A stretch of 63,456 nt of DNA, filler included, from Guillardia theta CCMP2712 (GCF_000315625.1; 7 parts of 7 records of this genome joined end to end with filler, not necessarily neighbours in it), one strand, 5' to 3'. Positions 11,901 to 24,540 are shown, counted from the first letter of the whole stretch. Program-made: numbers and translations. The notes: a model not told the origin generated them from the sequence alone.

Positions 11901-13230
11901 TCTTGTACTTTCCACCATTGAGAGAGCTCTCAACGTCTGAGAAGATAGTTTCAATCATGGTGTGTATGGCTGCCTGACCGAGCTCAGCATTCTTTTTCAA
12001 CAATTCTTTGAGCTTGTCCGACAGCGAATCGTCAAGAGCATGCAGGTATCGATCTTGAAATTCTCCTTTGAACGATCCTGTCCTGGCTAGCAGCAAGTCG
12101 GAGAGCTGATTCTTCTGCATGGAGTGCCATTCCTTCAACCTCTCCTCGTCCATCGGGATATCCCCCTTCTCAATCAACGACGAGGTGACCTGGTCAAACG
12201 TGTCCACACACTCCTTCAAGATCTTCTTGCACTCCGAGTCGCATACCATGGACCATGAGTCTGTGATCGAGGGCACATTCCCATCGTTCACGGCCTTCAC
12301 GTAACTCTCCGACAACAGGATCAGCATCCGTCCCGAAACCTGACCACCTTGAACGGTCTTCGGCTCTGAGTTGTTGAACACCCGTTCCCTCAGGACCTTC
12401 ATCTGCTTCACGAAGTTTTCTCTCAACACCTCTTCTCCTTGATTACTCAGGCTCTGCAGCAAGCGCTCGTCCTCTACCGGTCTTACTATCGGGTAGCAGT
12501 CCCTGTCCGGGAAGAACGCCTTTATCATATTCCGGATCCTGTTCTTCTCCACCACCTTGTCACTGAAGCCTTTCACCTCCTTGAGCGCATTCTCCAGGTA
12601 CTGCTTCGACGTGATCGGCCGCCCGTTCTGATCCACCAGCTGCAACGTGAAATCTCTCACCACCCACAGGAGCTTCGGGAAGTAGCTGGCAAACTCCATC
12701 CCGTCCTCCTCCTTCCCATTCACGCTGCTGCCCACCCGGATGAACTTGGTAAGGTTGACAACAAGGGAGAGGTTCTCGAGAGCGCTCTCGTTGATGGTCC
12801 CAACACTGTTGTAGAGGAAGAAGGAGCTCGTCAACAGGGCGAGCGCGAAGATGTAACAGTCATGCTGGGTGTTGGCGTTCAGTGATCCCAGCCCTTCTGT
12901 GTCGATCAGGATCACATTCACATCGCTGCCATCTGCGGTCTTGCCCCGCAAGGGTTTGCTCCAGATCCACAACCCCTTCGTGCACGCGTTCACCGTGGAC
13001 CCAACAGGAAACCCATCCTTCCTGTCCAACAGGATCCTGTTCAGAAGGAAGCTCTTCCCCGTCCTGTACATTCCGACGACACTGAGGACGCTGATCGGGC
13101 TGTCGATCCGAGACAGGACATCTCGAGCCTCGTCGGTCACCTCGAACTCTATCTTTGAGGCGCTCACTTCGTTCCCCTTCATCACTATGAAAGGCACTGG
13201 CCTTGCATCCCAGTCGTCCTCGTCCTGCAT
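8909..13230 (-). CDS. Guanylate-binding protein (GBP) family GTPase + coiled coil + WW + PX domain, multi-exon
   Basis: GTPase motifs GMYRTGKS, CTKGLW, DTEG, VVRDF. WW: LPEEW...GRPYYFNKRTRQSTWTLP. Downstream exons give PX: YEIIV...HRFSDFVQLHRRLIKLFPHVSLPK...IECRR/VWLEQYINELI. The 3' end is approximate. Confidence 0.88.
11203..11328. repeat. Three perfect 42-nt tandem copies within the GBP coiled coil (14-aa ELTKEREDMMVQLN)
   Basis: cagctcgttcaactgaaccatcatgtcttcccgttccttggt x3. Confidence 0.9.
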
Positions 13231-13478
13231 CTTGAACCTCCGAGCGTTCAGAGCCCTGGTCCTTGGCTGCTGATGACTTAGCTGCACGTCCTAGCGATCT
13301 GTCCTCTCCTCCTCATCCTCTATCCCTCCCTCCGCGCCTCCTCCTCCTCCCAACTTCTTCCCGTCTGCATCAAAAAAATGCACCTCAACCACTACTACGT
13401 TCGATTTGATGGACGGGCCAACCCTCAGTGTTGGTACAAACATTTAGTTAAATACCCCCTCCCCCCGATCGCGCGTCC

Positions 13479-14660
13479 ATGCTGTGTTTTCAAATGGGAG
13501 GGGTTTTAGGGAGTGCTGCATGGCATGGCAGGGCGTCACCAGGAACTTGCCAATCATGCTACAGACAAGGAAGGACGAGCAGCTTTCGAAAGTGCCAAGA
13601 TGTGCCTTCGTGCACCACGAGTGTTCACAGGTTCAAAAATCAAGAGATCAACAAAGGTTTACAGCGGATCTTGCACTCGAAATGAGGTATGAGATCAAGG
13701 TTTTCAAGCTGTTGGTGTTCTTGCGATCCCGAGTTAATTCAACTTGATCTGTGGAGTGTGAAGGCAAGAATCTTCTAGCTTCAGCGAGATGATGATCAGA
13801 TGTGGGTTGGTGTTCCCTGGAGGATTTGAAACGCAAGGCTGCAGAAAACCACGATACAGTCAGGGCATGCTCAAGAAGATTCCGGAGACAGGGCAACATG
13901 CGATAGAACACCAGGAAGAGGAACAGGATCCTAACCTCGGAGACGTAAACGCTGGTGCACTGAGTCGGAGCACTGTGCAGTGCGTCAATGGCGATCGAGC
14001 TGGGGTGCGTCACACTGTGACTCGGACTGATCAAGCTGATCTGAAAACGATTCGAATTTCTGGTGAAGCGAAATGTTTCAAAAGTGCATGGAATCTGTAT
14101 CACACTGGCAAACATGCCAAAGGGATACCTCCTTCAGAGAAATTGCAAGGAGTAAATTTTAAGAGAGCATGAACAAACGGCTTGCAGACATAGCTTATCT
14201 CATGAAGTGCTTTGACCAATTCATCCGGAGAAGTGCAATGGACATGATTCAAGGCCGAAATGAAATATTCAAGATTTATCTAAAAGGATTCATCTCATTG
14301 CTCAATCAGGGAGAAGGGGCAGAGAGCTCAAGTGATAGAAGTGGGCAGTTTGCATAGACGATGTATGTCGAGAACGTGCGAAAGAAAGAAGCAACGCGAC
14401 TCGATGACATCAGATGGTCGTTCGAAATGCGAATGATGACGAAACCGACGGCTTAGTTCGATGGTTTAAACAAGATTTGCAAAACAAATAATTCTTTGTC
14501 ATGTGACAGTGAACGATACCCTAAGTTGTAATAAACACAAGTTGCTTTGGTAAATCTTGTGAAACCTCGTTAGACGGTATACTCAAAAAACTACAAAATT
14601 GCATGTATTCACAGTGTCCGCCGTCATGTTTGATATTTGACCGGGTGACCCTCGACGGCG
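13479..14660 (+). pseudogene. Fragmented AT-richer transposon-like relic, possibly a Crypton C-terminal (GCR1_C-like) region
   Basis: Broken ORFs. AWNLYHTG...GIPP..KL...F...KRLADIAYLM resembles the C-terminal motif of Crypton-type elements. Confidence 0.3.
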
Positions 14661-14952
14661 GCGCCGGCTCAAAGAGAGAGATTCACTGAGTTAGTTGCGC
14701 AGCGAGGATAACTCGAGCTCTGACAGGAGCCCCCAGGGCTTGAAAGTCTCCCTGGAAGCAGATGTAAGTAGAAAATCATACTCATCAACCCTCGGAGACT
14801 TGATCTCGTCGTAGATGAAACAAAAGGCCTCGTCCCCTCCCCCTGCGCCGCAGCATGGATGGCCGTACTGGCACACCCAAACCTCTTCCACTTCATCCTT
14901 TCCCAGCCTGCCGAGCCCGCCTGCGCCAACCCTTCACCGCTCCTCAGCTGCC

Positions 14953-15942
14953 TCAGACTTGCAGAACACGACCTGTGATGAAGTAGCGCGGCGTCGGTTG
15001 TGACGGCTCCGTCTCATGCTCGATGATGTGCTCCCAGGTTGCGTTCAAGGTGCATGCGACTGCTAGCGTGCCATTCCAAGAAGAAACACTGACAGGTGTC
15101 GTCTCTGGGTTGCTAGATGACATGCTGACATTCAATCTCGGTTCGAGGCAACTGGTCTCGTTCTGGCAAGGCTCGAGCCCCGCATCGAGCAATGCAAACG
15201 ATGGCCATGATTCATGGTAGCAACGCAAATCGTTGTTAGTTATTTCAAGATTTCTGAGAGCAGACAAGCCAATAAAGGCCTTTGAAGAGATGCATGTAAG
15301 GCGGTTGGATTCAAGATGTAATTCCTGTAGACTCGAGAGCCCTGTCAAGATCCCCGCCGGGAGGCTCGTCAGCTGGTTGTAGGCAATCCATAGATACACC
15401 AGCCCCGAGAGCTCGGAGAAGATCCCCTCCGGAAGACTCGTCAGCTGTGTGTATGTAAGACCTAGCTCCTGCAGCTTCGACAGCCCGAAGAACACTCCCG
15501 CAGCAATGCTCGTCAGCGGCTGATTTCTATCAATGTACAGCGACTGCAGCCCCCTCAGCCCGGAGAACACTCCCGAAGCAAGATTTGTCAGCTGGTTGTC
15601 GGCAACAGATAGAAGAGTCAACGCCGACAGGTCGGAGAAAACACCGACGGGAATGCTTGTCAGCTGGTTGTTGCCCAGACGTAGATCTCTCAGCCCCGAC
15701 AGTCCGGAGAACACCCCCTCCGTCAAGTTTGTGATACCCATAGATTCCAATTGCAGAAATATACAATCGCTCTTGCAGCTGCCCCCTCTCGTCAGCACCC
15801 CAGCATCCGAGATATAGAAAGTACACCCCCCACAGGCCACATTGCTCGAACCGCGCACCGTAGGTAAGCTGCTACCCATCATCGCCATATGAATCATGAT
15901 GGCACTGAGCAACACACTAGGCTGGTCCAATCCCATCCTCAC
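14953..15942 (-). CDS. Secreted/surface leucine-rich repeat protein
   Basis: Hydrophobic N-terminus, Cys cap, and ~7 24-aa repeats LxxLxLxxNQLTSLPxGxFSGL, followed by Cys and an S/T-rich tail. Confidence 0.88.
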   Translation of the reverse strand: MRMGLDQPSVLLSAIMIHMAMMGSSLPTVRGSSNVACGGCTFYISDAGVLTRGGSCKSDCIFLQLESMGITNLTEGVFSGLSGLRDLRLGNNQLTSIPVGVFSDLSALTLLSVADNQLTNLASGVFSGLRGLQSLYIDRNQPLTSIAAGVFFGLSKLQELGLTYTQLTSLPEGIFSELSGLVYLWIAYNQLTSLPAGILTGLSSLQELHLESNRLTCISSKAFIGLSALRNLEITNNDLRCYHESWPSFALLDAGLEPCQNETSCLEPRLNVSMSSSNPETTPVSVSSWNGTLAVACTLNATWEHIIEHETEPSQPTPRYFITGRVLQV

Positions 15943-17101
15943 TTGTGGAAAGATGGATGTAGACGTTCACTCAGCCGCGCCGCCGCTGCTGCTTGTCACA
16001 AATAATGACTGGAGGAAAAGGCATGAGGAAGAGGATGACCCTACGTCCAGCTGCAGTACTGATCTTTAACTTAACTTTGAGTAAAGAAGTTATGTTCCGA
16101 AGTGAATTAATGGACTCCCGGGCCCCGGGCCCCGGGCGGGCGCAACTGAAGTTGCTGCCAGAAGTATCATTAAGAGGCAACTGGGCAAGAATCTGCATAA
16201 TTTGGCTTGGATTACAATTTTTCCTCTAAATTTTCACAAACAGAAGGAAAGATTTCGTCTTTCAGTTTACTCCTGGCATATAACCCCTGTCCCCCGGTTT
16301 ACCCCTATAGCACAAGTTGAAACCCAGCATTGGCAACGAACCCACAAATATTTCGATGTATTTCGAAATTTATCCCCACATTTTCAATCGATGACCCACC
16401 AGCTCGCTTGACTTTCAAATAACTTTACGACAGGTTCAGATGAAAAGACACGCTGCTGACAGACAATTTGATAGGGGCAAATCATTGCCGGGGTAGGTGT
16501 GTAAACGGACGAAGAGAACAGAACACTGAACCTAGGGGACGAATAAAGTTTAAATGGATCAATAGTATTACGAGGGTAAGTAGAGACCTTAGTCAATCTG
16601 GGGAATAGTACCCCTGCTACTGTCATAGCCATCGTGAGTCATCTCACCAAATTTTGTGTCATCAATACAACGAAAAGATTATTTTTCATGTTCAATCCCA
16701 TCCATGGTCGGATTGAGAATCGAAATCACTCCTTATCACTCAAATGGAGGTCGAAAGTTTTCTCGCTTTACTATTTGATGATATATACACAAATGACCGG
16801 TCCATATGCAGTGCAACAGACGGGTCCTGCGCTTTTCTCCTCTACACACCTCGAACATCCTTCCCTCTTCGCCGTCTTCCTTCCGCTCCTCCGTCAGTTG
16901 CTGCATCCCTCCAGGACAACCTTGCGGTGCCTTCTTCCCTTGCACGAGCGAACACGTCTTGCCTCCTTAACACACTCTCCCCGCCCTTCTAGCACAGCCA
17001 CCTCGCTCCTACAAAAGCCCGTCTCCTGAAACTCCTTGACGCTCAAGATGGTGTCCCCAAACTCTTCATCATCATCAAAGTCTGCTGCCTCCCTAGAGGA
17101 G

Positions 17102-17483
17102 CCTACCCGTCAGACTCTCTCCCAGAACCAGGCTTGGAGAGAGCTCGGAAAGCGCCATAAGCTCAGAGTCTCCGGCTTCTCTCCCGAAGAAGTGGAGATC
17201 GCCGACAGCATCAGCTCAGCAGGCGGCTGCTTCGCCTGGGTCAAGGCACGCCATGCCCACGGGGTCAACGGCATCGACAGGAGAGCGATCGCCCGGGGGA
17301 GATGAGGCGGGCAAGACGTCTGTCACGCGTGTACGATAGTGTAATCCTACTACGATAAGGTCTTGTAAGGCATGTAAAGCTACAGCAATAAAGGTCTTGT
17401 ATTGTATGAGGTCTTGTATTGTATGTAAAGAGCTACGGCAATAAGGTCTTGTATTGTATGTAAAGAGCTCACAGCTCTTGCTT
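17102..17483 (+). repeat. Direct repeat copy 1: ~250-nt unique part plus a ~35-nt minisatellite tail
   Basis: Near-identical to 18858-19346, from cctacccgtcagac to agctcacagctcttgctt. Confidence 0.9.
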
Positions 17484-17653
17484 GTTTTCTGTGAGGACAA
17501 TGGCGGCTTGGTAGTAGCTCGGTACCTCCGAAGGCTGGGGTTCGTCTTGTTGCCACTGTCTGAGCTGCTGCCGCTGACCTGCAGGCGAGTCAGCTTGGCA
17601 GGCCTTCCATGGCTGCCCAATGGTCGCCGACTCGACCATGCGTCGTTGGTTCA

Positions 17654-18096
17654 TACAACTGGACACTGCCGGGCAGTCTGCCACCCCCTCCTCGATGCTG
17701 CCCCCGCAGCAGCGCCTTCCTCCATCCCGGAGTCCCGCTGTTATACAGCCCCAACTCAGATGGGAGGATCCGATCGCAGTCCACGACCGACCTTCACACC
17801 CAAGGCGGCTACCGTGAAGACTCTCGTCGCAGCTGAGAGCATTGTACCGGGACTTGGGGCGGCCGGGCCGGGGCGCGGCGGGGGGGGGGAGGGGGGGGGA
17901 TACTGGGGTGTGGGGGACTTGAATGAAACGCCTAGGAGCCTGCGACGCAAGTTCTGTGAAACCGAGACGAAGGTAACGCCTCCGATCGTCCAACATCGCA
18001 CTAGTACTCCCGCCGCCATCGGTCTGAAGCCTCGGAGCTTCATGGACGGTCTACTAAGACAAGTAGCACTGATCGGTGGCAGAGTGTCCAGTTGTA
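17654..18096. mobile_element. MITE-like element with terminal inverted repeats and TA flanks
   Basis: Left end TA-CAACTGGACACT, right end AGTGTCCAGTTG-TA. The IR extends to ctgccacc/ggtggcag. Confidence 0.65.
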
Positions 18097-18857
18097 ACAA
18101 CCGGACACTGCCGGGCAGTCTGCCACCGGGGGCCCTCAGGCCCTCGATGCTGCCCCGCCGCTATACTGAAAACGCCGCCGCTACTAGTGCGGCCGGGAGC
18201 CCGGCGATGCACAAGAGTTGAATCGATTGAATCAGCGAATTTAATCGAATACCGGTCATGAATCGGTGTAGAGGCTGGATTTGAGATGGGATGTTTAAGT
18301 AAAACAGATCAATACAAATGATGTATTTTAAAATAATTATAAGTCAAAGAAAGAGCTCCATATATAGAATCCGTTTGATTCTCTCTGTAGATATGACATT
18401 TATTTATAATTACAAGTAAAAGAAAATAATTATAAGTAAAAGAAAGAACTCTCAGATCATTTTCAGTTCCGAAGTTCGACGGTGTATGCACATATTTAAC
18501 CACCCCACCCTTGTCTCTCCCCCCATTTCCCGGGTAAAAGTACCGCTGCACCGCCACAACTCATCAAAAATGTACCAATGACTGGGAAGTGTCTCCCATT
18601 GCTCCCGTCGCTCCCTCCTCCTCTCCCGATCCCCCTCAAGCCTCTTGGACTTGTGGCTGCCTGCCATGATCTCCAGAGAGACCTCGTCCGTCTCCACAAG
18701 CAAGACAACCTCCCCCCCCTCCCCCTCCCCCTCCTCCTCCTCCTCCTCCTCCTCCTCCTCCTCCTCCTCCTCCTCATCCTCCTCCTCATCCTCCTCCTCG
18801 TCATCCTCGTCATCCTTCACATTCTGGCTCTTCTTCAGAAAGCCCTCCTCCCCACAC

Positions 18858-19346
18858 CCTACCCGTCAGACTCTCTCCCAGAACCAGGCTTGGAGAGAGC
18901 TCGGAAAGCGCCATAAGCTCAGAGTCTCCGGCTTCTCTCCCGAAGAAGTGGAGATCGCCGACAGCATCAGCTCAGCAGGCGGCTGCTTCGCCTGGGTCAA
19001 GGCACGCCATGCCCACGGGGTCAACGGCATCGACAGGAGAGCGATCGCCCGGGGGAGATGAGGCGGGCAAGACGTCTGTCACGCGTGTACGATAGTGTAA
19101 TCCTACTACAATAAGGTCTTGTGTTGTATGTAAACAGCTATGGCAAGAAGGTCTTGTATTGTATGAGGTCTTGTATTGTATGTAAAGAGCTACGGCAATA
19201 AGGCCTTGTATTGTCTGTAAACAGCTACGGCAATAAGGTCTTGTATCGCATGTAAACAGCTAAGTTAATAAGGTCTTGTATTGTATGTAAACAGCTTTAG
19301 GTAATGAGGTCTTGTATTGTATGTAAAGAGCTCACAGCTCTTGCTT
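18858..19346 (+). repeat. Direct repeat copy 2, with more minisatellite units (aataaggtcttgtattgtatgtaaaSagctacggc)
   Basis: Same start and end as copy 1, with a longer tandem tail. Confidence 0.9.
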
Positions 19347-19625
19347 CACGTTCGAGTCCTTGGGTTGCTCCGACGGATCTCTTCGTTTGACGACCTGAGG
19401 GGAAGGCGGGGGATCAGCTGGATCGCTGCTGGGCACTCCCTCATACCTGCTCCACAGGCTTTCCGCAGGACCCTTGCGATCCGCTCTCGATGTCCCTGAG
19501 GAGGAGGAGGATCAGCTTCGTGAGGTCGACCCTCAGCGGACCTGCGCCATGCCATGGCGAGATCTGCCGCGACGAGACTCCAGGAAAGCCTCGAAGACGA
19601 CGAACGAATCATGCTATCCCTTCAT

Positions 19626-19725
19626 NNNNNNNNNNNNNNNNNNNNNNNNNNNNNNNNNNNNNNNNNNNNTTAATTAATTAANNNNNNNNNNNNNNNNNNN
19701 NNNNNNNNNNNNNNNNNNNNNNNNN
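19626..19725. other. Artificial scaffolding spacer N44-TTAATTAATTAA-N44 (linkers at 19670, 24485, 52662, 55333, 57368, 61882)
   Basis: The identical six-frame-stop 12-mer is centred in six 100-nt N blocks. Confidence 0.95.
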
Positions 19726-22700
19726 CAGCTGATTTGCCAGAAGATTACATGCTGGACTGGCGCTGCCGCGTCTGGGTGCCAGCAGTGCTGGTTCTTTTCG
19801 TTCTTGTGTTTTGTGTGTGATTGTGCAGCTTCTCGCTGTGGACTGTGTGCCTGCCGGTTCAGCTTGTTCCTGCTTTGTTTTGCTTGAGGCACTTTTTACC
19901 TTCTGCCAGTAAATCCTATGAATGCTCTTGCCATCTCGACGGACGGTACCCTGCATCCTGACACCCTCCGCTTCATCTGGTATCTCGCGGACATCATTGC
20001 TCAGCGCTCAATGCCTCTTGAGGATGCGGCGTTTGGTCGGCACTTCGTGCCTGATGACGGACCTGCTGCTGAGGTCTTGGCTCGCAAACGCGCCGCCACC
20101 TATCAGCGCCTCACCATGCAGCTGACGCTGGAGGCGCTCTTGTCTGGTGCGAGGCGCATGACGCCCTTGCGGGCGCAAGCACTTCTCGAGCCAGAGGACA
20201 GCTCCTCCTCGGACTTTGTCGAGTCGCCCGAGGAGTCTTCGCCGGAGGTCTCCGACTCCGATGGGGGACACCCTTCGAGTGGCCCCGACGATCGGCGCGG
20301 AGCTGGCGAGGCGTCTCCGTCCCTCACTGTGACGTCGGTTGCCTCCGGAGAGCTCGACACCACTGGGGTGCTTGCTGCTGGTCCGAGCTCGCCTGCTTCC
20401 TCCCCGGCATCGGTCGGGTCACGCCGGTCCTTGGGCATTGCCGCGGCGTCGCCGCCGTCACGGGCGGCTACCACTGACTCGGCTACCGCTGACTCGGAGG
20501 CTAGCGAGGAGGACTACCTCGAGCGGTACCGTGTTCCTGTGTCCAGCCGGGCCTCCGTCCGCTGCCCCAGGCGGACCCCCGGGCAACACGGCTCCTTGTC
20601 GGCGGCTGCCCTTTCTCCGTCCGCGGCCGCCCGCTTTGTGGCGGCAGCGGACGTCTCGACTGACAGTGGTCAGTCGGCTGCCTCCGGGTATCGCGTCTAA
20701 GGGATTTTATTCCTCCTGCTTGCTCCTGCTGCTTGTTGCTTGATTGCTTGACCCTTAGGCTGCTTGTCTGCGCGGCTTCGCGCTTGGGCTGGCGCTGCCG
20801 CGTCTGGGTGCCAGCAGTGCTGGTTCTTTTCGGGCTTGTGTTTTGTGTGTGATTGTGCAGCTTCTCGCTGTGGACTGTGTGCCAGGAGGTTTAGCTTGTT
20901 CCTGCTTTGTTTTGCTTGAGGCACTTTTTACCTTCTGCCAGTAAATCCATTACCCGGAAGTCGTGCGCCTCAACGAAGAAGGTCGCCAGAGGATGCTTCT
21001 GGGCACGGAGAGATCTCGAGCAGTGAACGTCCAGGCTATGAGGAGAGGGCAGCCTGGCAGCGTCCGTGATCATTGGCTGGTCAGAGTACCACGCGAGGAA
21101 GCGAGCGATAGCCGTATAGTAAACAGCGGGGTGTAGACCCTCAGAGGGCGTGAACTACGACGGATTTACTGGCAGAAGGTAAAAAGTGCCTCAAGCAATG
21201 AACTCGTCCCCTCCCCTACCGTAGCCTAGTATGCGGAAGCTCCCGCTTGAACCTCGCAAGCTCTAGCAGGTCGGGATGGGCAGAGAGGTACTGCGAGGAA
21301 GGCCAGCGGTGGTATTTCTCAAGCGCCAGGTGGACAGAGAGGTCAAAGCGACGAATCTGTGACTCCCTGGAGGAAGAAGCGCAGCTTCTGGAGATGGCTC
21401 GCCCTCACCAGCGTCTTGAACATGAAGCCATGCTGGACGAGCCCGAGCTTCGAAAGCTCTTCGTTGAGGGTAGAAACCTTCGCTCGGAGCTGACTAGCAT
21501 GAAATCCATCGGTGCCGATAGGCAGGCCTCCAAGTGTAATCCCGCCAGTGACGACCTCGAAGTGAAGAAGCTGAGTCTTGAGACGGCGCTTAAGGCTCTT
21601 CTTCAGCTGCGAGAGATCAGGGTGTTGATGCCAGGAGGGGATGTAAACTTTCGACTCGCGAGGTTGAATCGCAAGCTGCAGATCGGCCAACATGTACTTC
21701 TTCATAGCGGACGTAGCTGCAACGGTTGAACGGCATAGGCCAAGACTCGAACAGAGGGAAAAGCTCTGCGATATGGAGGAGCAGGGGGTGGATACTGTGG
21801 CAGAAAAATACGCTGGAGGGGACATCGCCCGGCAGTGACAGACGCCCGAGGTACACTGAACGGAGGCTGACTGACTTTTGTGAAGAGTCGAAGGTCAGTC
21901 GTGCGTGGGCTGGCGGTGCCGGGTCTGCTCAGTGACAGTTGCCAGCAGTGCTGGTTACTTTTGGTCTTGTTTTTTGTGTTTCTCGCTGTGCGCTGTGTGC
22001 ATGCAGGTTTAGCTTGTTCCTGCTTTGTTTTGCTTGAGGCACTTTTTACCTTATGCGAGTAAAACTCTCAGTTACTCCTGGGGGGAGGCCCCGACTCGGA
22101 GGGGAGGAAGCCTCGGAAGGAAGATGCGAGGCGCATGTGACGCGGCCCTTGCGGGTGCAAGCACTTCTCGGTCGGAGCCAGAGGACAGCTCCTCCTCAGA
22201 CTTTGTCGAGTCGCCCGAGGAGTCTTCGCCGCCGGGACTCCCGGCGAGTCTCCGACTCCGATGGGGGAAACATCCAGAGTGGACTCCTGAGCCGGCGCGC
22301 CACCTGTGACGTCGGGTGCCTCCGGCGGAGGCACCCGAGTGGTGTTGAGCTCCGCGCCGGTCGTCGGGGCCTGCCGTAGCCTACCTCCGATGCCGCCGCA
22401 CTGCCAGTAAATCCATTGTCCCCTCTACTATTGTCCCCCATCGGAGTCGGGGGAGGACATAGGATTTACTGGCAGAAGGTAAAAAGTGCCTCAAGCAAAA
22501 CAAAGCAGGAACAAGCTGAACCGGCAGGCACACATTACCAGCGAGAAGCTGCACAAACACACACAACAAAACAAGACCAAAAGTAACCAGCACTGCTGGC
22601 AACTGTCAGCAGACCCGGCACCGCCAGCCCGGGCCACGCGAAGCCGGGGCCAAGCAACAGTCGCTAGGAGGGGTAACAAGCAGCTACTGGTAACAAGCAG

Positions 22701-23760
22701 CAGGAGGGGACGTCCCGGCAAAATGAAACCCCCTTAGACGCATACCCGGAAGAACGAGGGAGAGGCATCCGACTGACCACTGTCAGTCGAGACGTCCGCC
22801 GCCGCCGCAAAGCTGGCGGCCGCGGACGGAGAAAGAGCCTCTTGTAGGATTTACTGGCAGAAGGTAAGGGCAGCCGCCGACAAGGAGCCGGCGCTGCCCG
22901 GGGGTCCGCCTGGGGCAGCGGAGACAGAGGGAGGCTGGGCACAGGAGCACGGTACCGCTCGAGGTGACGCATCCAGTCCTCCTCACCATCACTGTGACGT
23001 CGGGTGCGGTGATGATGAGGATGTTGCCAACCCCACAGTGCTGGTGAGTTTGGATGCAAAGAACGCCTTCAACTCCCTCGACCGCCAGGCTCTCTTCGAT
23101 GCAATCGAGGGACGTGCGAGTCGCGACTACTTTGATGGGAGCATCGGGCGACTCGACAAAGTCCAGGAGGAGCTGTCCTCTCGCCCGGCCTCCAGCGTCA
23201 GCTGCATCATGGTGAGGCGCTGATAGGTGGAACAAAGCAGGAACAGGTGGCCGCGCGTTTGCGAGCCAAGACCTCAGCACTGCCGCATGTCCATCATCAG
23301 AAACGAAGCAGTGCCGACCAAACGCCGCATCCTCAAGAGGCATCGAGCGCTGAGCAATGATGTCCGCCAGATACCAGATGAAGCGGAGGGTGTCAGGATG
23401 CAGAGGTGACCTGGCATCATCCGCTGGTAGTATCCAGCGCGATGTTTGCGAATCATCGAGTCTTCTCCAACGCTGCAAATCACGAGTCATGGAGGGCGTC
23501 GAGGTTGCCGCCTCGTGGGTGCCACTGCTCACGATCTCGGATCCCAGGGATGTGGATATTGCCCTTCTTTTTGCAGCCATGAGGATGGGAGGGTACCTGC
23601 CGTCGAGACCGGCGAGGATCCCCGACTGTATCGATGACGCTCTGAAGGCAATGTCCGGCCGCGGCCGCCGGTAACACTAGCCGCGAGGAGAGCCCGGCCT
23701 GGCAGAAGAACTTGACGAGACCGTCTGAGACAGAGTTTACCATGGGATTTGACAAACGAC
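19726..23760. mobile_element. Nested, truncated and inverted fragments of a CRE-like non-LTR retrotransposon (RT + restriction-like endonuclease)
   Basis: RT motif VSLDAKNAFNSLDRQALFDAI (~23040, +). RLE-type C-terminus ALAISTDGTLHPDTLRFIWYLAD..YQRLTMQL (19918 +, repeated ~23400 -). Several copies of one 3' UTR ending ccttctgccagtaaatcc. Confidence 0.7.
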
Positions 23761-24540
23761 AAAACAGCCCAAGGAATCGGAGTTTTGTACAAAGATATAA
23801 TGGAAGTCACCGAGGAGATCAATCAATTTTTCAAAAATCGGCTGACGGAAATCTTTCCCAGAGCATTACACCTGTCGGCATTCCATGGGCATCGGGAAGA
23901 TTATCCTCTGTCAGGATACCTCGGATTCTCCTATGTGAAGTATTGGATATCACTTCAATTCAAGAATAGGACAGCTCCGAGGAATCTGATTGATCCCGGC
24001 GTCCCGGGCCGGAGTCCGCCATCAAGCACACCGCTTTTGCTGCTGTCCGATCGCGCTGCCGCACCCACTGGCACCCTCACCGTGCGTGATCATACGGTAT
24101 GCCAGCCACCGTGACATTCATACTACTATGATGCCGCTGGTATCGGATGGGCCTTCGGTCTCATTGACCGGGCCGACACTGTAGGGTCTACTTGACTGAG
24201 TAAGTATCAGTGTCAGTGCCACCCGGAACTTCGGAAGCCACGAGGCTCCGCCGACCGGCGCTGCAAGAATTCAGCGGCCTATTAGTCGGGGTAGGGGTAG
24301 GTATATACACCGGTCTAAATATCTCTGATTTCCAATTAATTACGAAGGTGGGTAGTGACGAATCGAGGGTAGGTAGTGCATTTGAAGCTTGCTTCGTCAG
24401 CGGCCCCCGTCGCATGAGAGCGAGGCGAGGACGTGGAGGGNNNNNNNNNNNNNNNNNNNNNNNNNNNNNNNNNNNNNNNNNNNNTTAATTAATTAANNNN
24501 NNNNNNNNNNNNNNNNNNNNNNNNNNNNNNNNNNNNNNNN

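Noticed and set aside
19100-19346. ~35-nt repeats resembling a CRISPR array (also 17350-17483)
   Set aside because: Units are contiguous with no unique spacers, there are no cas genes and the context is eukaryotic: a minisatellite.
21162-21196. TTACTGGCAG resembling the U1 snRNA 5' end (ACTTACCTGGCAG)
   Set aside because: The match is short and imperfect with no U1 stem-loops or Sm site; it is the retroelement 3' end in reverse.
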